NCBI RefSeq assembly: GCF_006345805.1
Contig: NW_021835476.1
Span: 1 to 64,000, forward strand
Source of the DNA: Octopus sinensis
Taxonomy: Eukaryota
Direction of reading: 5' to 3'
Length of the DNA: 64,000 nucleotides
Shown: positions 1 to 11,624 of the stretch, piece after piece
How positions within the stretch are numbered: the first letter of the stretch is position 1
Layout: each line of letters begins with the position of its first letter
The notes under the pieces: model-generated
What the model saw: the letters and a program-made list of their open reading frames with translations, nothing else
Told to the model about the DNA's origin: nothing
Databases searched by the model: none
Translations under genes and position numbers: made by a program

Positions 1-508
1 TTCGGCCTCGTCCACTTGCAGGGGGAGGACAGAGGCTGCTCTGTTGAGGACAAATATTCGTTCCATTGTCAACTCAACTGAGCTTATTTGGCATGATTTT
101 ATCGGTTGTGGTGGACTTGTTACAATTCCGTATATCTCCACCACACTTTCTCGCGGAATTCTGGGTTTTGGGGATATTTGGACTTACTGGGAACAGAATT
201 TGATAAAATTGGAGTCAGTGGTCTCAGACTTGAAGGCTGCGGCTTGGATTGTTACCCCACTGTCACGAAGGACCATAAAAATGCTCTTAGCTAAGGATTA
301 GGACAACTATATGGACACCCTTCCCTCTTGAGTGAGCCATTCGGGCCCTGATCCATACACGGTTTCCCACGTGTTTTGGAGTTTCGGTTATTTTTACGAG
401 ATTGTGTTCGGAAGTTATTCCTGAGAGGAAATCCTTTAAGGAATAGTCCCCAAATAGTTGGGAGTCATTTTTGTTATTGTTGTCACCACATGACTGTTCA
501 CACGCCAT
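1..508 (-). CDS. DARS1: Cytoplasmic aspartate-tRNA ligase, N-terminal part (runs off window start)
   Basis: Removing introns 291-318 (28 nt) and 161-187 (27 nt) gives RVWIRARMAHSRGKAKSIFMVLR...QIPRESVVEIYGIV...VELTMERIFVLNRAASVLPLQVDEA, matching the OB-fold anticodon domain of eukaryotic AspRS (VWVRARVH.SR.KGK, ESIVDVEG, LPLQ.DDA). Confidence 0.92.
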
Positions 509-800
509 TAAAATAAATTTAAAATTTTTTTAATAAAAATCCATAATCTTAAATAATTTGACCTTAATACAACATTCTTTAAATATTAAAAAAATTAATT
601 AGAATAATAAAAGTGGACAATTAACCCACACAAATTATAGGAAACCACCCAAATCGACAAGTTCTCAAATTCTTCCCCCAAAGAAAGTCCGAACCACAAG
701 CCAAGACAAGAACCTGATCTCCTTTTTGCAGACTCAGATGACTAAGGCAGACACTGGAATACGAACAAGTCACAATTTCTGTCTTTTGTGTTGAATTTAT

Positions 801-1963
801 CTAAATAATCACATTATTATCTACTGTATGTTTTTCTACAAAATTTTTTGGAAAAATTCCCTGTTCTCCGGCTATTTCTCCAAGGTACCAGTCCTCGTCG
901 ACTTCCTCAACCAGTCTTACGACGTCCCCAACACTCAACTTCAAATCCCCCAGTTCTGGTCCTTCAAAATTGTGCTTAGCAACAAAAAACACTGAATAGT
1001 CACAAATCTCCTAACTTGAATCAGGTGGATAAAATGACTCAAATCTAAGAGATTCGACCTCCTCTGTCCTTTTCATTGTCTCTTCACTCTTTCCAAGGTT
1101 TCCAATGTCGAATAAAGATTGTTCAAAGTCTATTGACTTGTTTATGTCATCATTGATTAATTTTTTTGTTCCAAACTCGAAAGTTTTAAAGTCTTTTTTT
1201 GCTGAGGGAATGGAAAAACACGATTCGAGTGAAAAAAGTTGGTCATTTTGTTCAGAATTATTGGTTTTGGTTGTTTGCTTTTCAATAACGAAATTGGATT
1301 GCAGTTTATTGGCTGAATAAAAGTCGAGATTTGACGGGCTTGTTTGTGGGGAATTAACCGTAAAGAACGGGTCAGCCGCTTGTAAAATATTTAAAGGAGT
1401 TTCCTGCCTAGTAGGTTGTGGAATAATGTTTAAAGAATCTTTCCGATCAACATTTTCAGATTTGTTTTGAGTAATCGACTCCCATTGTGTGGGTCGAAAT
1501 ACATTTTTGGCTTTAGAATTGTCGATGCTGGCCATTGATTTGAGTCTGGGTTTTGGTTTACGTGCGAATTCTCTCGGCATTGCAGAGACATTGGTAGAGA
1601 AAGCATCGAGTTGTTCCCTCAAGTTCAAATCGACATTAGCAGATGATGTTTTTTTGAGAGAATATGTCATTTCCACGGGGAGTTTGAGAGGAATTGGTTC
1701 GCCAGTTGACACGACTTGGATTAGTTTCATAAGACACGAAAACTGTATTTTATCAATGCTGCCAGATTTGAAGACATCGACCAATTCCCTACCAATATTC
1801 GCATTCCTAACCATATTTTGGCCAAGTCTGTGTCAGGCAGCTTTGAACGTGCCAAATATGGAGCCAACGTTGCTCCCGAAATAAACCCATTTGTAGAACT
1901 AAGTCTCGAAAAATCAAAATCCCATTTCTTAATTTCTTCCTGAGAACAAGACCAGATTGACAT
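801..1963 (-). CDS. EH-domain + C-terminal SH3 endocytic adaptor (intersectin/Eps15-related)
   Basis: N-terminal EH motif (NGFISGATLAPYLARSKLPDTDLAKIWELVDVFKSGSIDK after a 23-nt intron), low-complexity linker, 24-nt intron 992-1015, then SH3 (AKHNFEG...DLKLSVGDVV...DWYLGE...GIFPKNFV). Confidence 0.8.
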
Positions 1964-2099
1964 AAATTCGCAATTTTAAAGCCTTTATTTAACACAAATA
2001 TTAAACTAAAAATAAACCAACAAATAATATAGTCAAATAAATTTATCCTAAACTACAGAAAGCATACTTAGTAAACAATAGCAAACCACAGAATAACTC

Positions 2100-3802
2100 A
2101 CTAGTAACAATAACATCACTGCCCCTCTTCCATAACCCTCTTGGATGGAAAATGAGGGACTGACTTCTTTCTTTTAGTAGTACTCTGGGGTATTGAAGAG
2201 TCCCCTTCTTGTCGATATGTCGAGAAATCCCTCAAAACTAAACAAACCGACCAAACCTGTTAGGCTGCCTTTTCCCCATTTGAGCCTGCCCTCTGCCTGT
2301 CCCACTAATCCTACGAGTCTACAACTACTTAATCAACTCCCTACAGAACTCTCCTCCAATATCCTCAGGCGAGTCTCCAGCATTGCTCGATGTTCCACCC
2401 CCAACGAGGACTCCGCGTCCTCCTCACACAAGGCATCCACTCGGGAGGCAAGGGAGACCTTCGCTGCCAACATCCTCGATGCCTTTCCTTTCAATTTGGC
2501 CGAGGTTTGCCCGACGAGTTGTGACGAATAAATCAGTCCATACTTGGGCGTATTCCGATTGCCCTTCAATGCTAAGAAAAGTGTTTTTTCTGCTCCAAAA
2601 ATCTGAATTGTCGAGGAAGGCTGCTTGGCTAACTTCAAGAGGGATCCCGCATGGGAGATAAGACGGGCTCCCACCTGCTCCCCCACCAGAACTGTCACGT
2701 TGGGGGCCACAGCCATCATCCGATTGCTCAAATAATCAGTCAGATGAGTCCTGTACTCAATCAATTGAATTATCTATAAATGTTAACAAAATCAGTCAAC
2801 TGTGAATATAATCAATTCAAATTAATAAAGTATGAGATTTACCTGATTACATAACTCTTTTATACTAGTAAGGTCATCTGGTGAGCACTCCATGCCGATT
2901 GTTGTGTTGACTGAGGCCTTGAGATGTGCCTCGTCTTCCTCACTGAGCCAACGAGACAAATCTGCCTCTCCCAACCCACTTCGATCACCTTCAAATAAAT
3001 CAAAAATACTAACCAAAGTTATAAATAAGCTGGGCATACAATAATGGATCAGGAACAAGCTTAACTAACTCTGGAAAGTGCCATCCATACCACTCTCTAG
3101 CCCGCATAACCAAATTATTGAGTTCCCTGTCCAGTTCATCCAACAAACCTACAACAAAATAAATTTAAATAATTATTTATTTAAAAAATAAATTAATTAT
3201 TAAATAATTAATTAAACTAATTAATTACCAATAGCATGAATAATCATAATGTCAATTTTGTCGGCCGAGAATTTCAATTTGTACCGACAAAGCCCGTGAG
3301 TAAGGCCAAGAGAAGTGGCCGAAAGTTCATTGGAATGGACATCCAGCAGACTGGGGAGTTGTGCCCTTATACAACGAAACAATTCCACCACAGGGGCCCC
3401 CCAGACACAGTCCACAGCCACTTTATTCTGAGGATAAATTGACCAATCAGAGACCTTTATTAATGTCCCTAAACGTTGGTCGGCCACTGCGAGCTTCTCG
3501 TTGGATTGGGAGACTAATTTTAAGAGACGTTTCAGTTTTTTGTTCATTCGGCCTTCAATAAGGGAGGATGTGGCTGCAACAGACTCGGAAAGGTCCTTGA
3601 ATTTGACAAAATACTTCATTTCCATGCTTTGGTGTTATGTGGTGATAAATGTACAATTTACTGGCTGTTTCTGGAGTGCTAAAATATTTGTACAGATCAT
3701 CCACTTTTTGGAGTTTTTTTTCTTTTAATATCTTTATGTTATTTTTGTGTTAAATACCTTAAATATTGCATACCCAGCGGATGTTTCAAAGAGTACCAAC
3801 AT
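2100..3802 (-). CDS. NOP58: Nucleolar protein 58 (box C/D snoRNP); 3' end approximate
   Basis: Starts MLVLFETSAGYAIFK; contains YKLKFSADKIDIMIIHAIGLLDELD and NRMMAVAPNVTVLVGEQVGARLISHAGSL...TPKYGLIY...KGKASRMLAAK. Several ~26-nt introns and one 80-nt AT-only intron (3149-3228). Confidence 0.93.
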
Positions 3803-4082
3803 GGACAATATTACAACTAATGTGTGTTTTAAACTTTATTTTAAATTTATTACTTTTATTTCAAACTGTTATTATTTATAATAATAAAACATTATAAATG
3901 TTAATATTAGTAGAACTCATTTGACTATCTTTCAAGTGAGTTACTGAGTACATTTACTTGGACACCAAATTTCACTGATTTATAAAAGAATCTTAAAAAT
4001 AAATAATTAGAATTATTAATTAATTTAATAAATAGAAACTAATTAATTTTAATATAATAAATATTTAAGTGTATTCAAGTGG

Positions 4083-4727
4083 ATGGTATTCTTTTGTTGT
4101 AGAACAAATAGGGATCAACATTATCCTCAATATCCTCTACATCTCAATGTACAGCCACATCCCCCACCCTATAGTCGACCGTGATGAAATACTCCGAATA
4201 GGCCGAAGATTCCGTAAAATAGACGTGGATGGCTCAGGCACTCTCTGCCTGGAAGAACTATTCAACCTCCCCGGCCTGGAATCCAATCCCCTCGTCCGCA
4301 GAGTCCTCGAAGTATTCGACACAGACAAAAACGGAGTGATCGATTTCAACGGTATAAACCCATCGATTACCCACTAAGAGTTCATAAACGGCATTTCTCT
4401 ATTCTGTGTAAAGGACACGGACATTGAGGCCAAATTGGCATGTGAGTAAGCATACTAATTCAGTCGCCTTTAAGATATATGACACGGACAATGAGGGGTA
4501 CCTCACTCGGGAGGGAATGTTCAGAGTCCTCAAGACCATGGTGGGGGATAACTTGAAGGATGACCAACTCAGACAGGTCATTGACCGTACTATTGTGTTT
4601 GCTGACACTGATTGTGATGGAAAGTTGTCCTTTGAGGAGTTTTGTAATGTAATGGTCTTCCTTTCATTCACAGGCTGTTCGACATATTGGCATTGACCAA
4701 CAGATGGTCATCAATGCTGATATTTAA
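4083..4727 (+). CDS. PPP3R1: Calcineurin B regulatory subunit
   Basis: Five introns: 4086-4111, 4149-4174, 4352-4378, 4442-4463, 4649-4673 (26/26/27/22/25 nt). Spliced product MGSTLS...[22 protein letters not shown]...[17 protein letters not shown]...[21 protein letters not shown]...SFEEFC, with lone-ATG first exon and MGxxxS myristoylation motif. Confidence 0.93.
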
Positions 4728-5857
4728 CACTAATATACTTTAATTATTTATTAAATTATATTTAATTTATTTTTGATTAATTTTTATTTAAATTTTGTTT
4801 TTGTGGATCAATTAGTTAGCCTTGTGGTAAGATGGTTCCAAGGTAGCGAATGATTTTAGCAAGATCCGGCCGAGTAGTGGCTACATATATTAGAATAGAC
4901 GGACTAGGGTGAGGGAGTCGTTGGAATACTCTGGGGGGACTTTAATAGCTCAATGGCCTAGGGATAATTCGAATAGAACACACAACTCATTATCTGAACT
5001 TAACCTTTGGAATAGGCCATTTAGAATATTTAAAATTATTTTTTATGATAAAGATAGTCTGTATTACATATTTAGGTAAAAGGAATATCATAATTAACTA
5101 TATAATTACCTGCATATAAAACTAGATTATTATAAATACAATTTTATTGTAGCGTCCATCCTGGTGTGTTATATTCTGGGTTTTTGTCTCACAATTACTT
5201 TTGTGGATTCAACATTGGCCCTACATTATTGTAGAGCTTCCTGGGTGTAGAGTTTTCTACTCCCCGTATACTCTACTACATTAACTATAAAAAAAGTTAT
5301 TGCATGACAATTCTATCAAATTTTCCATATTGTTATCATACCTATGCTAATGTAGTTTTAGACAGTTTATTAATTCATAGGTTAAATTAACGTGAATAAA
5401 AATCAAAATTTAGTTTTTAGAAAATTTAGAAAAAGTCTCTCAGTCATTCCCGAGTATGTTGTTCAGGGATTAGTCAAAAGTTATTGTAAAAAGACAAATT
5501 TTGTTATTTACAGAAAGACAGACAACAAACAGTGTGCCCAAATTGAGAGAACAAAAGATTAGATAAACCTTTGAACTAAAATAATGAGTAGTGATAAATA
5601 TTAAAAGAATGAATAACATAAAAGTGATAGGTCGTGAAATATATAGCCTGCAATTGAAAATACTTATTTCAGAAAATTAGCAAAAAAGGCAGAATGTCCT
5701 AAAAATTGGTACTTTAAAAAAAACAGTTTTTCATTCAGTGATAAGGCGTATATACCCACAATATTTTAACAAACACGCTTATTGATTAAATTTGGATTAA
5801 CCACAAATAGGCGTATAAATGGTCAAATAAATCCACGTAGTTCGTTAAATAACAAAA

Positions 5858-6546
5858 ATGGTTCATTAAAGCAACTTATCATGTTTAGTTCAACTACGAC
5901 TTTCTGGACCAAGAAATAGACCTGGGAATAACACCAGACACATTAGGACTGAGTACAATGCCCTCCCAGAATAAGCAAACAGACATGTTTTCAATCAACG
6001 AAGAAACCGGTAAGTGAAAGTACTCATTAACAGGGGAAATTATGCCCACCAAAAACTACGAGGAGTCCTACGTTGATATCCTCTAACACTCTTAGTTCAC
6101 TCACATCCCTGTCCCCGACATCCGCGATAGGAGTTGGGGGAACCTCACCTACAATCCCCTTCCATACGACCCCTCCACCAGGACGGACTATTGGCAGGGG
6201 TACTGGCCTATGGAGTCGGTCTTCAATGAGGTCCCTCAGTTGACGGATGACATAATAAACTACGACAAGACCGAATATAAGGAGTTTATTAGGAATAACT
6301 CGTTTACTGAACAACAGGTGAAGCAAATGAATGAAGTCAGACGGAGAGGTCGAAATAGAGTATTCCACGTGCTTTATAGTCTAGATGGCTGCCAGGACAT
6401 GCAGGGACCGGAAGAACTGTATTATTGAAACCTACAACAAAGAAATTGAGGTTCTTAAGACGAGAAAGCACAGACTTGAACAAGAAAGTATGATTTTAGC
6501 CAAGAAGGTTCATGATCTGGTTCATCTCCATAAATCAAGGATTTGA
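5858..6546 (+). CDS. cnc: Cap'n'collar / Nrf2-like bZIP transcription factor (~195 aa)
   Basis: Introns 5861-5888, 6010-6033, 6072-6095, 6360-6384. Product has DQEIDLG and NEETGEIMP near the N terminus and a CNC-bZIP (FTEQQVKQMNEVRRRGRNRMAARTCRDRK plus leucine zipper). Confidence 0.85.
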
Positions 6547-6659
6547 TAAATTACGTTTATATGTTTTATTTCTAACACATTTCCATTTAATTATAATCTT
6601 AAATAATATATTAATAAATATTTTGTTTACAGATTTAGTCTGTTGTGGTCATTTAAGGA

Positions 6660-8116
6660 ATGATCGAAGAATCAGTTTTAGATTACGAAGAAATAGACAG
6701 TGACCCCCCAATCGAACAAATCGGCCTATCTACAATAATAGAAGAGACCGAAGCCGACTTTGAGACTGAACTACCCCCCATAAAAGTACCCCAAATAAAT
6801 GACCCCCAAGGAGTACCCCTTCAACCCAGAAGTAGGCGAATATGCAGATATTGCCCGCCACGGAATAATCGAAGTGGCCGGTTAATGTCCGTGAATCACA
6901 ACCAGGGGATGATCTCTGCGGAAATAAAGTGATCACATTCTCGGCCTGTCGTCTACCCCCAGGAGAGGACCAAAGAGTGCTCAAGTAAGGCAGAACGTAT
7001 AATATAGCTACCTAATGTTCACTCTGGACAAGTATGTGGAGAATGATTACGTAATCGTGTACTTCCACCACGGACTGACACATACTCCCTCCATTCGGTT
7101 CCTCTATCAGGCATATCGACAATTGGACAGAAGGTGGGTCATTTTTTGTGACTTGGAGGTATAAAAAGAACGTAAAGGCACTGTATATAGTCCATCCTAC
7201 CACGGTCGTTAATTTTATCATCTCCGCCTTCCAACGGATAGTCAGGTTGGTCCCTGCCGACAGCCTTCAGTTCAAAATTCGCCCAGAAACTGCACAGGAT
7301 TAGAAGTATAGGGGAAATGAACTCGATTGTACGAATAGACCAGCTAAAGATTCCCCATCAAGTCAAGCTGTACTGATTAGTCTCATTTTCTAGTCATGAC
7401 ATCAAATTGGGACACACCCCTCAGGTTGTGGAGTCCTCCCCCACTGCCCAGTTCGGGGTGTCCCTCGAATAGTAAGTTGTGGATGTCAGTCTTAAGTGTA
7501 CTGTCACAACACGTGTGTTCTGTCCCACCCATCGTGGAGCAGTGCATTGAGTATATAACTATGTTTGGTTGGTCTTGTTTGGGTAGTTGGGAGGGCTAGA
7601 CTACGTGGGGATATTCCGGTTGTCGACCAGTCAAATGCTCCTTCATGATGTCCGGCAGAATATCAATCAAGGCATTTCTGTTGATTTTGGGGTTATTGGG
7701 GATGTGGTTCTCGTTTCTGTTCTTCTTAAACGCTTTTTTGGGGAGTTGACGCCTCCTCTGTTTGCAGATTCACTCCATCCACTCATTGTTGACTTCCAAG
7801 GTCTCATTGGTCTTCTAATCTTCAGCACATTCTGACAAGATCACGTGTGCTTGGAATATTCTGACCCAACTGCCAGCAATAAACAGAAATTTGCTTTTTG
7901 TTTTGTTAGATTTGTTGGACATGGTGAGTGGTGGAGTGACCTGTTTAGGTACAACGAAGAAGTCAAGTCAATTTGATGACTTCATCCAATTTGGGGATTG
8001 TTTTTGGGTGTAATCTGTGCAGGGCAGTCGATGGACTGTCCTCATTATTCTACATTAATCATTTCGTTACATTCCTCATCGATAACTACCACGACTTGAA
8101 AGCCATGGAGTACTAA
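6660..8116 (+). CDS. ARHGAP1: Rho GTPase-activating protein 1 (BCH/Sec14 + RhoGAP)
   Basis: Spliced [32 protein letters not shown]...TLDKYVENDYVIVYFHHGLT...YKKNVKALYIVHPT, then QFGVSLE...VPPIVEQCIEY...GIFRLS (arginine finger). Multiple 23-27-nt introns. Confidence 0.92.
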
Positions 8117-8149
8117 TTAATAATTTATTCTAATTATTGTACTGCAGGA

Positions 8150-8480
8150 GGGTCCCCATTAGTCGTGGTGATAGGACCTGGCTTGTCTCTACTTATTAGG
8201 CGAGAGATACTTTTCTCTTATTAACTGGGGGGAATAATCTCAGTTTATTATTTTGAGTAAAGTCGGATATAGAAATGATAGTTTGTAGTAGATAAGAAAT
8301 AGACCACAGATTGTTGTGTATAATGGAATCAGCCACTTTCCGATAGTCAATGAAGCAGGTATATGCACTCTTCTGTGATTTATCGGCCTTCTCCATAATC
8401 AATCGGACATTAGCTATATAGTTGAACTTTGGTACTAGAGGAGTTTACTAAGAATCCTTTGGTTGTCCAAAATAACAAAC
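8150..8480 (-). mobile_element. Degenerate non-LTR (RTE-like) reverse transcriptase remnant
   Basis: CFIDYRKVADSIIHNNLW resembles the LINE RT FIDY.KAFD motif; interrupted by stops and deletions. Confidence 0.5.
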
Positions 8481-8958
8481 ATGGATATATTTATACGGGT
8501 CAATTTGGGCATTTTGTTTGAACGAAAAATCGTAAAACACGTTCTTTGGATATGTCATCTGCTTTATTGGATAGAATCATTCTGCTGAGTAATATTTACA
8601 GGAAGATTTTCGCATAGTATTTAAAGACGACCCTCGAAGACCTGAGGAAGAGACTTCACAGCCGACCGAGGAATTGAAGACTATCAACAGTAGAATACGC
8701 AACGAAATTTCAAATGACCGGGAGGGGCAGAGAAATTGGCTTGTGAGATATTTAAAGATCGGACATGACTTAATTGGACAACTTAAGCTACCCTAACATC
8801 GAGAAGAGAAAGTCGTGAAAAATACTGAGATAATATGTAAAACTAGCATCTTTCAGGGGAATATAAAACATTATTAAATAAAAGTTTTTCTTATAATAAA
8901 ATTCAATTATAATAAAATTGATTTAAGAATAAAATCGAATAAACATTAAAAGTAGGTC

Positions 8959-9890
8959 ATGAAACTATTGAGCGCATGTCTTGGAAGTGCTACTGCATTA
9001 TTATTAGTAATTAGTCGACCCACAGAGCAGTTTAATGCACAACATCAATCTAAAAGTAATCTTTTTTCCTCAACATTATAAAACTAGCCGACCACAAATT
9101 CTACGGATTACCAGCCAATCATACAATCCAACGTACATATTCCTATCATACAGTTAACTACGACACAACAAAAAAAATATCTGATTGGTCTCAATATTTA
9201 ATAACAAAAAATAGCTCACAAGGTTTGTCTAATGTTATAATTCTCAAAGGCGAAGCAGATAGAAGAAACTGCAGGTTTCAAAATGACGAAAATATTTCAA
9301 AATATTTTTCGACCCCTGCTGACTACAAAAGAAGTGGATATTCAAGAGGACATCTCAGTCCATCGGGGTCATTTAAATTCGATCAGGTCAATGACTTGTT
9401 CTATTTTAGACTGGAATGTGCGACACTTTTTATTTGACGAATATTGTCCCTCAGAATATAAGACAAAATTCTGGCATTTGGAATAATTTGGAACAATATC
9501 TGAGAAAGGAATTAATTAAAAAATTTGACAATATTTGGGTGGTAACTGGCCCGGCATTTCTACCCTTTGATTCCGATTCAAAGGAAATTCGAATAAAAGT
9601 ATTTTGAATTGTTCATTCACGAGGTCATCGGAAATAATAAAGTTTGGGTTCCAACCCACACATATAAGGTTGTTTTGTGTCAGTCTCAGACTGATACTTA
9701 TTTGGGGGCCTTTCTGATTTTAAATGATTCTAGTGGATATCCAGAAGATTATAAGGACAACATGGTCAAACAGTTAAGTATAAATTAGGTCAGCATTGAT
9801 GAATTGGAACAAGATCTTGGATTTGATTTTTTTCCGGAACTGGATAGAACAGATGTCAAAGATTTACGTGATTATCTGAAAATGGTTTAA
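8959..9890 (+). CDS. EXOG: EXOG/endonuclease G family nuclease
   Basis: Spliced GEADRRNCRF...GYSRGHLSPSG...DTFYLTNIVPQ...NSGIWNNLE...IWVVTGP...VWVPTHIYKV...FDFFPELDR. The SRGH catalytic motif is EXOG-like (EndoG has DRGH). Hydrophobic N-terminal leader. Confidence 0.85.
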
Positions 9891-9997
9891 ATTAGTTTAA
9901 CGATTTTTTCTGGGTTTTTTCTTGGTTATGTATTGATTTTCATTTCAGATTGTTTCATTTTGTTAGGAATTTAATTTATTTATGTTAATTATTTGGA

Positions 9998-10811
9998 ATT
10001 TAATTTATTTAGGCAATCTTCGAAGGCCTGCTTCCTGTCTCCAATCAACACCGTGTCGCTTGCCTCCGTGCAGGTCACTGTGAAAGCAGCGGTGTCTGGT
10101 TAAAGGCTCTCCCTCTCCCTTCCATCGGGAACCTGTTGGACAAGGAATGCCTAAGAATTGCAATCTCCCTCCGTGTCGGGCTGAAAATCTGCCAGACGCA
10201 CAAATGCCGTTGTGGGGGAACTGTTGACGAGTACGGTTTGCATCCCCTCGCTTTCCGGCGGAGTGCCGGTCGTGCCCCCCGTCACAGTGAACTCAACTCA
10301 GTCATACAGAGAGCCCTCGCTTCAGCAGGCATCCCGTCAATCCTTGAACCTGTTGGATTGGATAGAGGGGATGGCAAACGCCCTGACGGCATGTCCACCT
10401 TCCCCTACGAGCAGGGGAAATCCTTATTTGGGATTCTACCTGCTCGGACACGTTCTCGCTGGGAAATCTCGCTCTGTCCGCCGCCAATCCTGGGCACGCT
10501 TTCAGGCAGGCCGAGGAGCGAAAGATTCTCAAGTACGGCCACCTCTCCAACTCGCTGCTCTTTACTCCAATTGCTGTGGAGTCCTCCGGGATCTTCGGTC
10601 CCAAGACACTCCGCTTCCTTCGCTCGCTCGGTCGACGGATTTCAAGGACTAGTCACGATCCAAGAGAGTTTTCTTGGCTCCTGGAACGTCTGTCGATTGC
10701 TGTGATCCGAGGGAACAGCTTCGCGATTCGCGAGGCTGGTCGGGTGTCTCGTGAGGCCTTTAATTAACTTAGCTATCTTTAATTTCTTTCTTGCTTTAAA
10801 AAAAAAAAAAA
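9998..10811 (+). mobile_element. 5'-truncated CRE-like (RLE) non-LTR retrotransposon
   Basis: GC-rich. Encodes Zn-knuckle region (CRCG...H...RH) and EPVGLDRGDGKRPDG...WD.TC.DT...PIAVESSG...ERLSIAVIRGN PD-(D/E)xK nuclease, with a frameshift. Poly(A) tail; direct repeat aattatttgga at 9987-9997 and 10812-10822. Confidence 0.85.
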
Positions 10812-11624
10812 AATTATTTGGATGATCTAATTTTAATTATGTTTAGAGACTCTATTTAAAATAAAAGAAAAACGACATCAAAAAAACGCTAAAATTAAAA
10901 ATACGAAAAAAAACAAAAGCTCATCAAATTGTTCCTTAACGTTTAGTTATCGAATGTTTTACCTGCCAATTCTTGAACAGTAGAAAATATGGTATCCTAT
11001 CTAATTCTTGCTTTAACTTAACTTTTACTTTTATCTTGGCTATATTACAATGAGTTAGGGTTGTGCCAGGGTTCTTCCAAACTGGCTTTGTGCTCGTTGC
11101 ATGAATGTGAAAGGAGTTTTTAGAACCACTATTTCACCCATTCTTTATTTACCAATACTTACTTCGAGAAAATTCAATTAGAGCCCTAATGAGATTTTGC
11201 CATCTTTCCAAATACCAGGATATGCCCCAATTATAATTTCGAAGCATGTTAGATTTTATAGCCGCCGATAGCTTCTCAACTTTTATCAAAAAATACGAAC
11301 TAACTGCAACAAAGACTGGTAAAAACTCCGCATGATTGACATCAATTTGCTTAATTCACCATTTCAAATTAAACTTAGCAGTTATGTGTCTTTAACAGAT
11401 AGTCAAAAATTAAAATTTAGTTAGTATGTCTTAAATTAGTGAAATTATTTTAATTAAAGGAGAATCAGTATGCACAGAAGTGCACCAGCCATAAAATGAA
11501 GACTCCTATCTACTATTATATATTACGCCCTCATTCCAAAAAGGGAAGGGGTAGAGTAAGCAATATACCTTTTCCGATTACGTCAACATCGACCTCTGGG
11601 TCATTATTTGTATTATTTCCAGCA

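Noticed and set aside
2230-2260. Possible 19-nt intron in NOP58 (record-short)
   Set aside because: The next AG gives a 26-nt intron and a better match to the conserved TY...GDS.P segment.
3149-3228. Intronic snoRNA in NOP58
   Set aside because: The intron is nearly pure A/T with no C (RUGAUGA) or D (CUGA) box pair.
1105-3728. Plus-strand ORFs overlapping the EH-SH3 and NOP58 genes (and similar ones over XAB2 and calpain)
   Set aside because: Antisense shadows of real coding sequence.
5690-5770. ECPKNWYFKKNSFSFSDK resembling a C-type lectin N terminus
   Set aside because: No downstream WIGL/WND/Cys motifs could be spliced in; too short to support.
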